A DNA stretch of 20,000 bases, from the NCBI GenBank assembly GCA_021432655.1, contig MU271443.1:45143-65142 (forward strand). The letters are read 5' to 3'. Numbering within the stretch: position 1 is the first letter of the stretch; the number at the start of each line of letters is the position of its first letter. Shown here piece by piece: positions 9,017-18,521 of this stretch. The notes under the pieces were generated by a model. That model made no database searches. It had not been told where the DNA came from and saw only the letters and a list, made by a program, of their open reading frames with translations. Source of the stretch: Atractiella rhizophila. Lineage: Eukaryota. The translations under genes and the position numbers were made by a program.

Positions 9017-9301
9017 CTCGATGCGGCACCACTGCCAGTTGCCAGCGGCAGTGGAAGTATCGTTTCGAGAGGGCCAATACCCGAGAGGCGGAACTCGATC
9101 ATTACGGATGAGGATTTAGACGTTGCAAGAATCGCACGAGAGGAGGAAGAGCGGGAGAACGAGCTCAACGTAGGACCGTCCCCTCCTTGCTAACTCTGAG
9201 CTGACTTCCACCTCGCTCAGATGCGACATTCTATCCAGCTAGAGCGTGTGAGACAAGGTGAACATGGTGGAGACGATAGCATGCCACCGGCGTACAGTTG
9301 A
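9017..9301 (+). CDS. 3' end of an unidentified protein with a C-terminal PPxY motif; join(<9017..9169,9221..9301)
   Basis: Reads LDAAPLPVASG...EEEERENELN / MRHSIQLERVRQGEHGGDDSMPPAYS*. Intron 9170-9220 has a GTAGGA donor, GCTAAC branch site and CAG acceptor. The 5' part is lost in the gap. Confidence 0.65.
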
Positions 9302-9490
9302 AGAATGTAGAAAGCGCAAAGAGGATGCTAAAAGAAGGAACCGAATGGGTCCCGTGTGAAATCTTGAAATAAGTTGTTGTGTGTTCGCTTTACGTGTAGT
9401 GTCTGCAGTTTGCAAATTTGAATTTCATCAAATACATGCTCGGAAGCTCGAAAGGTACACTTCAAAATAAGCACAACACGACAATATAGT

Positions 9491-11492
9491 CTAGAACGCA
9501 ACCTTGCGTTTTCTGCCTGTATATCTAGATAGGTAGCATTGATCAGTTGACATTGCAACACCAGAGCCAGGGAAAACCTACTTCGAATCTCTTGGTACCC
9601 CTTCCTTCCCTTTCTTCCGATACAAATCCTTTCTTACGCAGGATCCAATCCCGATCCTTATTTTCGGATTTTGCAGCCTTTCCCTTCCCCAACACCTTCA
9701 AACGTCTCTCACGATCTCGTTGACGACCTGCGTTCTTGACTCGCTCGCCCTCGTTCCTTGAATCTGCAACATCGGACAAAGCTTGTGGAAGAGCATGTGT
9801 TGTTTCGGATACACTGATTGAAAACGAGTGATCAGCACGTCGCCATTAGTTGAGAATACAAAGGAACACCCTGCCCAAAGCACCAAATAATATTTCCTCC
9901 TCTTCGAGCTCTCCGGATAATCAACGACGAGTCCGCCACCAAAACCAGCCTTCTCAGCAAAACCCATTATGAACTGGCACTGCTCATCGTTCTCAGGATA
10001 GAATTGCAACACTGCACGGGCGCCGCGTTTGAGCGAAGAATAGAGGGTGGTGAAGAAAAGGGACAGGCGTTGAGGCGGCGAGGACGTGGAAGTGTCGCTC
10101 GTGCACAACCATTGGACACAGGAGACTGAAATCGCACCGTCGAACACGCCGGGTCGGAATCCAAACCCTTGACCGATGTCTTGGAGGAAGAGGTCGCCTG
10201 TCACCTCGTTTTCGAGGGCTACTTCTAGAAAATCCAGGGAAGGATTGTGTCAGATTAAAATCCTGCAGTTATGTTGGTACTCTGTATGGTTTCTGTGAAA
10301 AGTTCTTTATGCTGAGGCTCATTTGCTCATGGAGTCGGACGAAGTCGAACTTCAGCCTTGCCCCAAACGGATCTTTGTAGTCGATATATGAACATCAACT
10401 GCTACGAGGATCCCCGTTGGAGCAGTCAGATGAGTCAGCATGGTCAATATGACTTTGAGAAGCAGTTCGAATACAGAAGTGCAAGAGTTTTTTCAGCGAG
10501 CTCGTTTTGTGGAGCTTTCTGTTGCTCGCTGATGAAGATCACGTTGAGGGTATGGATACTACTGAGCATAATACCTGCCAAGCGTTACTAAAATAGCACA
10601 TAGCAGACTTGTGATTCAGTTTGATATCGACAAATTGAACAACCGCGACTCTAACTCTGTGCAGTCTTTGATGCGACGTCCTTCGTGGTCATCATGACTA
10701 CTGCACTCAGGCACTGGCTCGGCAAAACAAATTGAACGACACGGTAACAATGTAGGTTTAATTCTGAGGGAAAGAGGCTGTTTGAAAATTCGAAAGAAAA
10801 TATCGGCACTGCTCTTGCAGCCCATGAGCTTGTCACGACATTTTCATGAATTGATCAATGTAGCTACTTTAATCCAGAGTGTATATAGTGGATATTCAGC
10901 AAGTGGTTTGCTGTGTAATCTAAAGTGGGTAGTAGAGATGGTACGAGAGGCACAATATCAATGGGTCAAAGGACGGGTGCAGTCAGCTTGAGAAGGTGTG
11001 AAAACGAATCCATTCTCGATAGCAGAAAACATAAATTTTTCTGAAACAAAGCATTCTACCCATCACTTGGAAGGAAGAGAACATACCTAACATCCCACCA
11101 CTAATGTCCACTCCAACCCACTCATGTCCTCCGTCTGTCAAAATATCACCACTAAGTCCACTCCCACATCCAATATCCAACAACAAGCTCGGTTTGTACC
11201 TCACTTCCTCATCCTCTTCCTCATCGCCTTCCTCCACATCCATCTCTTCATCCTCGTCTATCTCCTCTGCACCTCCTTCTCCATCCTCCTGCATCTCTGC
11301 ATCTTTTGAGATAGGAGGAGAAGACTTTAGTTCTTTCGGTTTAGGAGGCAATCGTGGTAAATTGAGCAGCTCTAGACACCTCTCTGCGAGCTCGGCTTGG
11401 ATGTAGCGTATTCGGCTGGATTGTGAGTATTTGAGTGCCTCTGTTGCAGAGTAGAAAACGGAAGCTGGCGCGAGGTGTTCAGGCCGCGACAT
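9491..11492 (-). CDS. BUD23: 18S rRNA m7G methyltransferase Bud23/WBSCR22; complement(join(9491..9524,9582..9813,9870..10224,11087..11492)) with an apparent 1-nt insertion at 9630-9632
   Basis: Motifs MSRPEHLAP, LLDIGCGSGLSG (SAM motif I), WVGVDISGGML/EVALENEVTGDLFLQDIGQGFGFRPGVFDGAISVS, AGFGGGLVVDYP, and C-terminal DWILRKK..DLYRKKGKEGVPRDSKYTGRKRKVAF*. The last motif is reached only after removing one base. Confidence 0.95.
10270..11065 (-). ncRNA. Candidate intron-encoded structured ncRNA(s) inside the 862-nt BUD23 intron 1 (family unassigned)
   Basis: Intron 10225-11086 is ~15x longer than all other introns here and contains many stems (see findings). An ACA triplet lies just after the last stem and upstream of the branch site. 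No family match can be confirmed by eye. Confidence 0.4.
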
Positions 11493-11707
11493 GGTGTGAC
11501 GGATGTAAGAGAAGCGCTACGATTATCCAAGCAAGCTGCTCTTGTGTTCTACACGGAGGGAAGATTTTGTTTTGATCGGGATGTGCGAAATGCGACACAT
11601 CATCTTGTCCCTTCATCAACCTCCCGAAAATTTTCTGAGCGAGTATAAAGTGAAGGAAAGGACTGTGAGGAAGCCAGAGGAAGCATTACCCCGTCCTTGC
11701 TGTCTAG
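11493..11707. promoter_or_regulatory. Short bidirectional promoter of BUD23/NOC2 with palindromic RRPE-like element GAAAATTTTC (11626-11635)
   Basis: The divergent ATGs at 11492 and 11708 are separated by 215 bp. The motif resembles the fungal RRPE (AAAAWTTTT) of ribosome-biogenesis genes. Confidence 0.65.
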
Positions 11708-14125
11708 ATGGCCGTCACTAAACCCAAGCCCAACTCACGTCCCCGTGGGCAGGGCAGCTCTTCTGGTGGGAAGATGAAGAAGTCAACGAAACGGTTCCAA
11801 GCCAAGCAGTTAGGAGGGGTCATCAAGGCCAGGAAGAAGGCACAAGAGTTCAAGAGGAAGGTGGACAGGAGACAACTGCTGAGGAATAAGGGGAAGGGAA
11901 AGGAAAAGCAGGAGGTAGAAGACGGCGGAGAGGACGCGTGAGTTTTATTTTCGTTGGTTCGGGAGAGGAAGAGGGTTGAGCATTTATTCTGCAGGGAGGT
12001 GGATGATGAAGACGAAGACTTGATGGATGTCGATAAGTTGCTGGAAGGCAATTTTTCGGACGACGAAATCTCGAACCGTAAAAAACCTGGAAAAGGCAAA
12101 GCAAAGGCTGAGCCTGTGGCTCCAGCTTCCGAGGACGATGATGAGGAGGAAGAAGACGACGATCTAGCGGATCTCCCGGATGCAGAAGCAGCCCATATCA
12201 ACACTCTTCAAGGACTGGCTACCAAGGATCCAGAGTTCTATAAGTATCTACAGGAGCACGATGCCGATTTGCTAAACTTTGGCCTCGAGTCGGATGGAGG
12301 TGCGAGGTTCAGTTTACTGTCTAGGAAGATGTATAGGCTAATTATGACACAGATAACGAAGAGGATGAGGATGAGCAGGAAGAGGAGCAGCCAAAAAGCA
12401 AGAAGCGTAAACGCTCGGATGAGGAGGACGAGGAGCAAGTCCTCACGCTGTCTACCGTCCGTAACTGGCAGCGATCCATTCTCAAGGCAAACTTCTCTCC
12501 CTTATTCTTCGTCCGCTACTCATGAAGAGAGATTAGACGCGTTCCCTCAAATCACTCCGCTCCCTCCTTCAAGCTTTTCGGTCCGCTTCCCTTCCCACAA
12601 ACACTACCACCACCCAGCCTTCTCTCTACACCATCCAATCTCCAGTCGTATACAGCAAAGTCCTCCGCACCTCTCTCGCCTACACCCCCGTCGTCCTCTC
12701 CACCCACTACCCACCCAAAACGCACGCATCCGGAAAAGTGACCGTGAAACAAAATGCGCACACGAGCAAGATCGCAAAGTCCTACTTCTCCTCTCTCCTC
12801 TCTTTATGGCCTACCCTGTCGGATGCTGACTTGAAGAGATTCGCGGTTGTGAAGGGTGGCGAAATGGCTCCGTGGCTTGGAGGTGGGAGGAATAAGAGGG
12901 AGTGGATCAGATTGCTTGTCCCCAACGCGACACGGAATAGCCTCCGGTCCCTCTACTGTTATCTGGTCTTCAGATACGACACCCGCTAAACGGTACACAT
13001 TTGTAGGATAGCGTAAGTAGAGTTACATGGAAGTAGCGACATCCTTTCTTCAAACTTGAGTGGAACACAAAGGGAACTTATCGAACAGCCTCGTGGTTGC
13101 GCTAAACAGCTTATATGGGTATGCGATCGACTATTCACAGGGGGAGGTAGGGAGGGAGGCAGTAGCACTTATCAAGCCGCCGTCTTAAGAAGTACTCTAA
13201 CTATACGCCTTCTCATACCTGCAACCAAAAGAACGTAAACGAGTGTTTTCGGCATATTTACCGGACGCGGTTAAGTATAGTTAGCAGTTCGTGTCAACTC
13301 TACTTTCTCTAACGCTGCTTGTCTGTTCTAAAGGAGAGAGCGAAAGGGAAGACTGCTCGAGTCGTAGAAGGAATATCGCTGCTCTCGCCTGGTGAAAGTG
13401 AAGTAGGAGGGGGAGAACTGAGGTTCGTAGTNNNNNNNNNNNNNNNNNNNNNNNNNCGTTATTTTTCTAATTTCTATCCCAAGCCGATTTACGATTCCGC
13501 AAACAGACTCGTGCCCACTTCCCGCTACCATCCCTTTCGTCTCCATGTCCTCCACTCCTTCCTCCGCCTCGTCCAACGCACGGGGACCTTCATACCCCTT
13601 GCTCCATTCATCATTTCCGTCCTTTCATCCCCCGAAATCTCGAGCGGGAAAAACAGCACTCTCAAGCCACTCCCGTTCAATTTTATCGTCAAGGCTCCAC
13701 AACAGTATTCAAAGACGCGAGTATACGGTGACGGATTACTTGAAGAGGGAACATACTTCCTCGCCGAATACCTCGCCGCTCTCTCCCCGAATGTCGCCTT
13801 CCCCGAACTCGTAATTCCCATCCTGATTACGCTCAGGAAAGCATTGAAGAAGACTCGGAATCCGAAATACACTGCGAGTATCAAACCGTTGGTGGAGAAG
13901 ATTGAGGCGAACGTGAAAGTGGTGGAAGAGAAGAGGAGAGAGGTGGAATTTTCGCCCAGCGATAGGGCCGAACTGGTCAGGTGGAAGCGGGAAGAAGAGG
14001 CGGAGAAGACACCACTAGGCGTGTGGGTGAAGACACTGAGGAAGCAGAGGAGAAGACGAGAGGAAATTCTGGAGAAAGCGGCGAGGGAAGGAGGGGCGGA
14101 TGTGGATGCAATGGAGGAAGAGTAG
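11708..14125 (+). CDS. NOC2: Nucleolar complex protein Noc2; exons 11708-11937, 11995-12299, 12353-12486, 12537-~12916, [interrupted/gap], 13507-14125
   Basis: Motifs KKSTKRFQAKQL, LATKDPEFYKYLQEHDADLLNF, SLKSLRSLLQAFRSA, LVPTSRYHPFRLH, TGTFIPLAP, LKPLPFNFIVKAP, VAFPELVIP and VEFSPSD. The central conserved part (IRQLA/VYNWQ region) is absent, replaced by foreign sequence plus a gap. Confidence 0.93.
12917..13431. mobile_element. Foreign insertion in a NOC2 exon, possibly the end of an LTR/transposon (starts TGT, runs into a gap)
   Basis: Noc2-like sequence stops at ...KREWIRLL. The following TGTCCCCAAC.. is not a consensus splice donor, and the segment is non-coding, TpA-rich and ends at an N gap. 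Confidence 0.4.
13432..13456. other. Assembly gap (N run; true size probably larger)
   Basis: Ns; a substantial central part of Noc2 is unaccounted for. Confidence 1.
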
Positions 14126-14373
14126 ATTCTATCTGATTGGTTTTATATTGTGTTTCAACTATAGCAAGCTTTGAAGCGAGCCGATGATACGGTATACTTG
14201 TCGCACTGCTTTTGGTACCAAAAGAGAGTGACGTTAATAGTCACAGTGAGGGAACATGGAAGAGAACAAATGTGACTGCTTCTTATGCTTATTTTGCATT
14301 GGGATCAATATTGACAAATTCGGTTACATCAACATTTTACAGACTGACCACAGTTACAACGTTTGAGTACCCC

Positions 14374-15351
14374 TTACTTCATGTCGTCTGTAGGGAACTT
14401 CATAAACATATCCTGTGACCATTAAAAATAATGAATTCGGCGTCAACAAAGTAGAGTTAAGATAAACGCACCTTCAATTTATCGATGGGAAGAGCCATAA
14501 ACCCAGCCAGCGTTTCCAAGGGAGGTTTGTTGGGAGCGCTAGGGTGCGCACTTTAACCATTCATCAGCTTCCTGTCCTTGGGGAAAGAATGCAATGACGA
14601 ACTGAGTCGGCGCAAATTTCTTCGTTCGCCTGAAACTGGCTGCCGCAGATTGACTAGCCTCTTGTCCCAGCTTCTCCTCCAAAGATGGGAGATCGTTGAG
14701 CTCCTCAGAGTTGTTGTGCTCCTGCAAATGTTCCATGATCTCTAGAAGGAGATTGTCGTATTCTGCGGTCCCAACTTTCATGCGTTCGAGCTTGTAAATT
14801 CTTTCCTTGACTTTCTAGAGTTGCATCACACCAAGCTTCAGATTGGGGAAGCAAATAGGTGGTGGAGAGTATGCACGAACCTGATGGTCTGCGCGATCTT
14901 CAGCCGCAAACTTTTTCCCTTCTGCTCCTAAATGCTTCTCCATCAAAGGATAGACCACAATTTCTTCACCGACGGCATGACGGGCGACTTCCCAGCACAA
15001 CTGATTGGCCCATCTATTTCAGAAATATCAGTACGGAATTCCCAAACAGAAGTGGGAGAACGAACCTCGTTTTGTGATCCGTGCTATCAGCCGTCACGTA
15101 ATTGTCATAATACTCGTACATCTATAGCCATATTAGTCGTGCAAATTTCATTGGTCTGGAAACAAATGGACCTCAGCATGATCTTCTTTGATCCCACTCG
15201 TGAGATGACCTCCTTTGGTCGAATCCGTCGTTTTGAATTTCCTAGTACTGGTTGCCATAGTTCGATAAATTGGGAATGCAACAACACCTTTCGAGTTGCT
15301 AGAAACAAAAGTCTGGCGAAGGACTGGGCGGAGAGCAGCACGAAGAGACAT
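14374..15351 (-). CDS. Hemerythrin-like HHE cation-binding domain protein, 232 aa, probable mitochondrial presequence; complement(join(14374..14412,14472..14550,14603..14814,14881..15013,15066..15121,15172..15351))
   Basis: Five GT-AG introns give an in-frame 699-nt CDS. It contains IKEDHAE, WEVARHAVGEEIVVYPLME, DRADHQKVKE, LQEHNNSEELNDLP and the typical tail TKKFAPTHAHPSAPNKPPLETLAGFMALPIDKLKD. Confidence 0.92.
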
Positions 15352-15488
15352 GTCGTAGACGAGCTTTCTGGGCCTTTTAAGCAGCAGTTCGGGAGACCCG
15401 CATAAAAGAAGACAGCTCATTGGCTGGTTGACGACAAGTGAGCACAAGTGATTCAGATTCAGAAACCCGGATCGCCTCAGGGATCGCT

Positions 15489-15587
15489 TGACAGCTTGAC
15501 ATCGTTTGACGTCATACTCCAGAGAGACAACAGCATCTCTGACATTTCAACAACTCCTCGCACTGTGACGCGTGACGCGTGACATCA
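15489..15587. promoter_or_regulatory. Cluster of ATF/CRE-like sites upstream of the HHE gene
   Basis: A perfect TGACGTCA at 15507-15514, GTGACGC-GTGACGC-GTGACATCA at 15565-15587, and additional TGACA half sites. Confidence 0.45.
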
Positions 15588-16204
15588 CCAGCATCACCAC
15601 TGGTTAGCGTTTTAACACTGCGTTGAAGACAGGTATCAACCGGGAACCAAAGAGTAAATTAGCATCGTAAGAACGAGTCACACTTGTACGTTTGATGGAT
15701 AGATAGGAGAGTCTGATATCCTGAGGTCTGACACCATGCATTCAGGCTGCGGAGAGGCTCGGACGGCGGCGCAGAAGAGGCAATCACGTTTGCATTTATC
15801 GATTATTGTAATATCAGTGATACTATCGATTGTGGATCACTCAATCACCAACTGAGAAAGTAATGGGGTAACATATTCTGTCACCAATGTTGAATGTGCG
15901 CAGAGAAGGGGGTTCAAAGAGAATAGACCATCATTTCTTTAGGGAAGAAACGGGCTTACATGAAGATGAAGTGAATCAATTTGACAGCACTGACGCTGCA
16001 TTCCTGCCTTTTCTGGCGAAGTCTGCAAGGATACCATGGAACTTGGAGAAAGAGGGAGAGTCTACGACTTTGTCACTTTTATACAATTGTTTCTGATTTT
16101 GGCAATCTAAGCGGTTTGAACACACAGTCCCTGCGAAGGTCACAACAAACAAGCATCCATGAAAAGAAGACAGGATGAGCACACACCGGTGGAGCCCTAA
16201 AGCC

Positions 16205-18279
16205 CTACAGTTCCGCATCATCCATCTCCTGATCTTCCAGACCAAGCCGATTGACCCTCTCCACCAAATCCTCATCAAGGAGCTCATCGGTATTGATCTT
16301 TGGGATGTCCTCATCGTCCCCATCACCGCTCACACTTTCCATCTCGACGTCCCCTCCCTTCTTGTCCTTCTTATCGACTTCCATCCCATCCTCTTTCTTC
16401 TTCTTGAACAATTGAATGTTCGCTCTCAGATCTTCATCCTCCTCCAAATCCTGCAAGAATCGCTCATAATCGTCATCCTGTCGTTTCTCTTCCCCTCTAT
16501 CCCTTCCTCGTCCAGCTGCNNNNNNNNNNNNNNNNNNNNNNNNNNNNNNNNNNNNNNNNNNNNNNNNNNNNNNNNNNNNNNNNNNNNNNNNNNNNNNNNN
16601 NNNNNNNNNNNNNNNNNNNNNNNNNNNNNNNNNNNNNNNNNNNNNNNNNNNNNNNNNNNNNNNNNNNNNNNNNNNNNNNNNNNNNNNNNNNNNNNNNNNN
16701 NNNNNNNNNNNNNNNNNNNNNNNNNNNNNNNNNNNNNNNNNNNNNNNNNNNNNNNNNNNNNNNNNNNNNNNNNNNNNNNNNNNNNNNNNNNNNNNNNNNN
16801 NNNNNNNNNNNNNNNNNNNNNNNNNNNNNNNNNNNNNNNNNNNNNNNNNNNNNNNNNNNNNNNNNNNNNNNNNNNNNNNNNNNNNNNNNNNNNNNNNNNN
16901 NNNNNNNNNNNNNNNNNNNNNNNNNNNNNNNNNNNNNNNNNNNNNNNNNNNNNNNNNNNNNNNNNNNNNNNNNNNNNNNNNNNNNNNNNNNNNNNNNNNN
17001 NNNNNNNNNNNNNNNNNNNNNNNNNNNNNNNNNNNNNNNNNNNNNNNNNNNNNNNNNNNNNNNNNNNNNNNNNNNNNNNNNNNNNNNNNNNNNNNNNNNN
17101 NNNNNNNNNNNNNNNNNNNNNNNNNNNNNNNNNNNNNNNNNNNNNNNNNNNNNNNNNNNNNNNNNNNNNNNNNNNNNNNNNNNNNNNNNNNNNNNNNNNN
17201 NNNNNNNNNNNNNNNNNNNNNNNNNNNNNNNNNNNNNNNNNNNNNNNNNNNNNNNNNNNNNNNNNNNNNNNNNNNNNNNNNNNNNNNNNNNNNNNNNNNN
17301 NNNNNNNNNNNNNNNNNNNNNNNNNNNNNNNNNNNNNNNNNNNNNNNNNNNNNNNNNNNNNNNNNNNNNNNNNNNNNNNNNNNNNNNNNNNNNNNNNNNN
17401 NNNNNNNNNNNNNNNNNNNNNNNNNNNNNNNNNNNNNNNNNNNNNNNNNNNNNNNNNNNNNNNNNNCCATCAGCAAAAAATCTAGAACAATAGGTAGAAA
17501 AAACGAACTTTCCGGGAATGGTGCTCATGAGAAACTCCACCATCTTGTTCGCATGTTGTTTCGAAGCATAGTGAAAATCCAACCCATTCTTCACCTCTTT
17601 CACACTCAACGTATTCTGATCGGCGTTTTGCTTCAAGATCAATTGCTCGAGGTACAGAAACGTCCGTTTGTGATCGACTTTTTGGGGACTTGTACGATTG
17701 ATTTCCAAGTCTGTTTTGAAGCGAGGCGGGCACAGTCGCCACATTGCGTATGGGCCACGACAAACTCGACTTCGAAAAATTTGTTGCAAAACACAGTGGA
17801 AGTCAAAACCTTTGTTTTTGCAAAATAGCCGTTGAACACCGTTTTGCTTAGTGAGATGAGCAAATACGCACTTCCTTTTGAACAGTTAATTTCACTCGCA
17901 ATCGCTTGCTATGCGGTTCAGTCCAAATGAACCCTGCATCAATCAGCCTGATCTTATTCAATCCTTTCAGCCGTCTGAGACAAATTGCCAACAACTCTCT
18001 TGACTCGAGTTCAGCGGGTAGCCAAGATTGAGGAGGTGAGAGATAGCGGTTGCAGTTCTTGCAGTAGGAGATAGAAGACTGTTTGGGTATCTCAGATGTG
18101 ATATCGACGCTAGTTCTACAGTCAACCAGATATTTGGGTGGCAAGAGAAGAAAAACATGCCTGCTCCGTAAGCAGTTCACACAGAGGCCAGCACTATTGG
18201 GCTCGATAAGGGTTCCACAGTCAGCGCAAAGGATGTAGGACTGCTGGGGTTGGGCGGGAGGGACGTATGCAGTGGTCAT
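16205..18279 (-). CDS. NMD3: 60S export adaptor Nmd3 (middle in assembly gap; apparent indel errors at ~17790-17770 and ~17685)
   Basis: Motifs ILCADCGTLIEPNSAGLCVNCLR, YCKNCNRYL, WLPAELESRELLAICLRRLKGLNKIRLIDAGFIWTEPHSKRLRVK, QCGDC, QKVDHKRTFLYLEQLILK and C-terminal DYERFLQDLEEDEDLRANIQLFK. Introns are 18160-18110 (GC-AG), 17871-17810 and one starting at 17508. Confidence 0.96.
16520..17466. other. Assembly gap (N run)
   Basis: Ns in the sequence. Confidence 1.
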
Positions 18280-18521
18280 CTTTGTTATCGAGCTAAATCG
18301 AGAGCAAAAATGAGCAATAGATGGTTGTTTAGAAATTTTGGTAGGCGATCAAGTCGCATTCTGGCTGGTGATTCTAAACTTCAGCCTAGTAGTGAGGTCG
18401 CATTTTCTTTTCACTTGTTGAGAGTTGCTCTGAATATTGTGGATCTCGAGGGACTTATCGAAGTGTATGCTACCTAAGTGAGGTAGATTTTCTTATTGGA
18501 TATTTGCTAAAATTGGGGCAG

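Noticed and set aside
10529..10570. Hammerhead core or C box CTGATGA on the + strand in the BUD23 intron
   Set aside because: No stem II-GAAA follows, the nearest CTGA is too close for a C/D snoRNA, and it is antisense to the host gene.
10329..10760. Nested antisense protein gene in the BUD23 intron
   Set aside because: Only short, stop-interrupted frames with no recognisable domain; a decayed pseudogene cannot be excluded but is unsupported.
16175..17789. Long ORFs spanning N runs (also 8745-9168)
   Set aside because: Artefacts of translating gaps.
17680..17800. Programmed frameshifting or pseudogenisation in NMD3
   Set aside because: Indels sit in or next to homopolymers near a contig end, in an essential and otherwise conserved gene; most simply sequencing errors.
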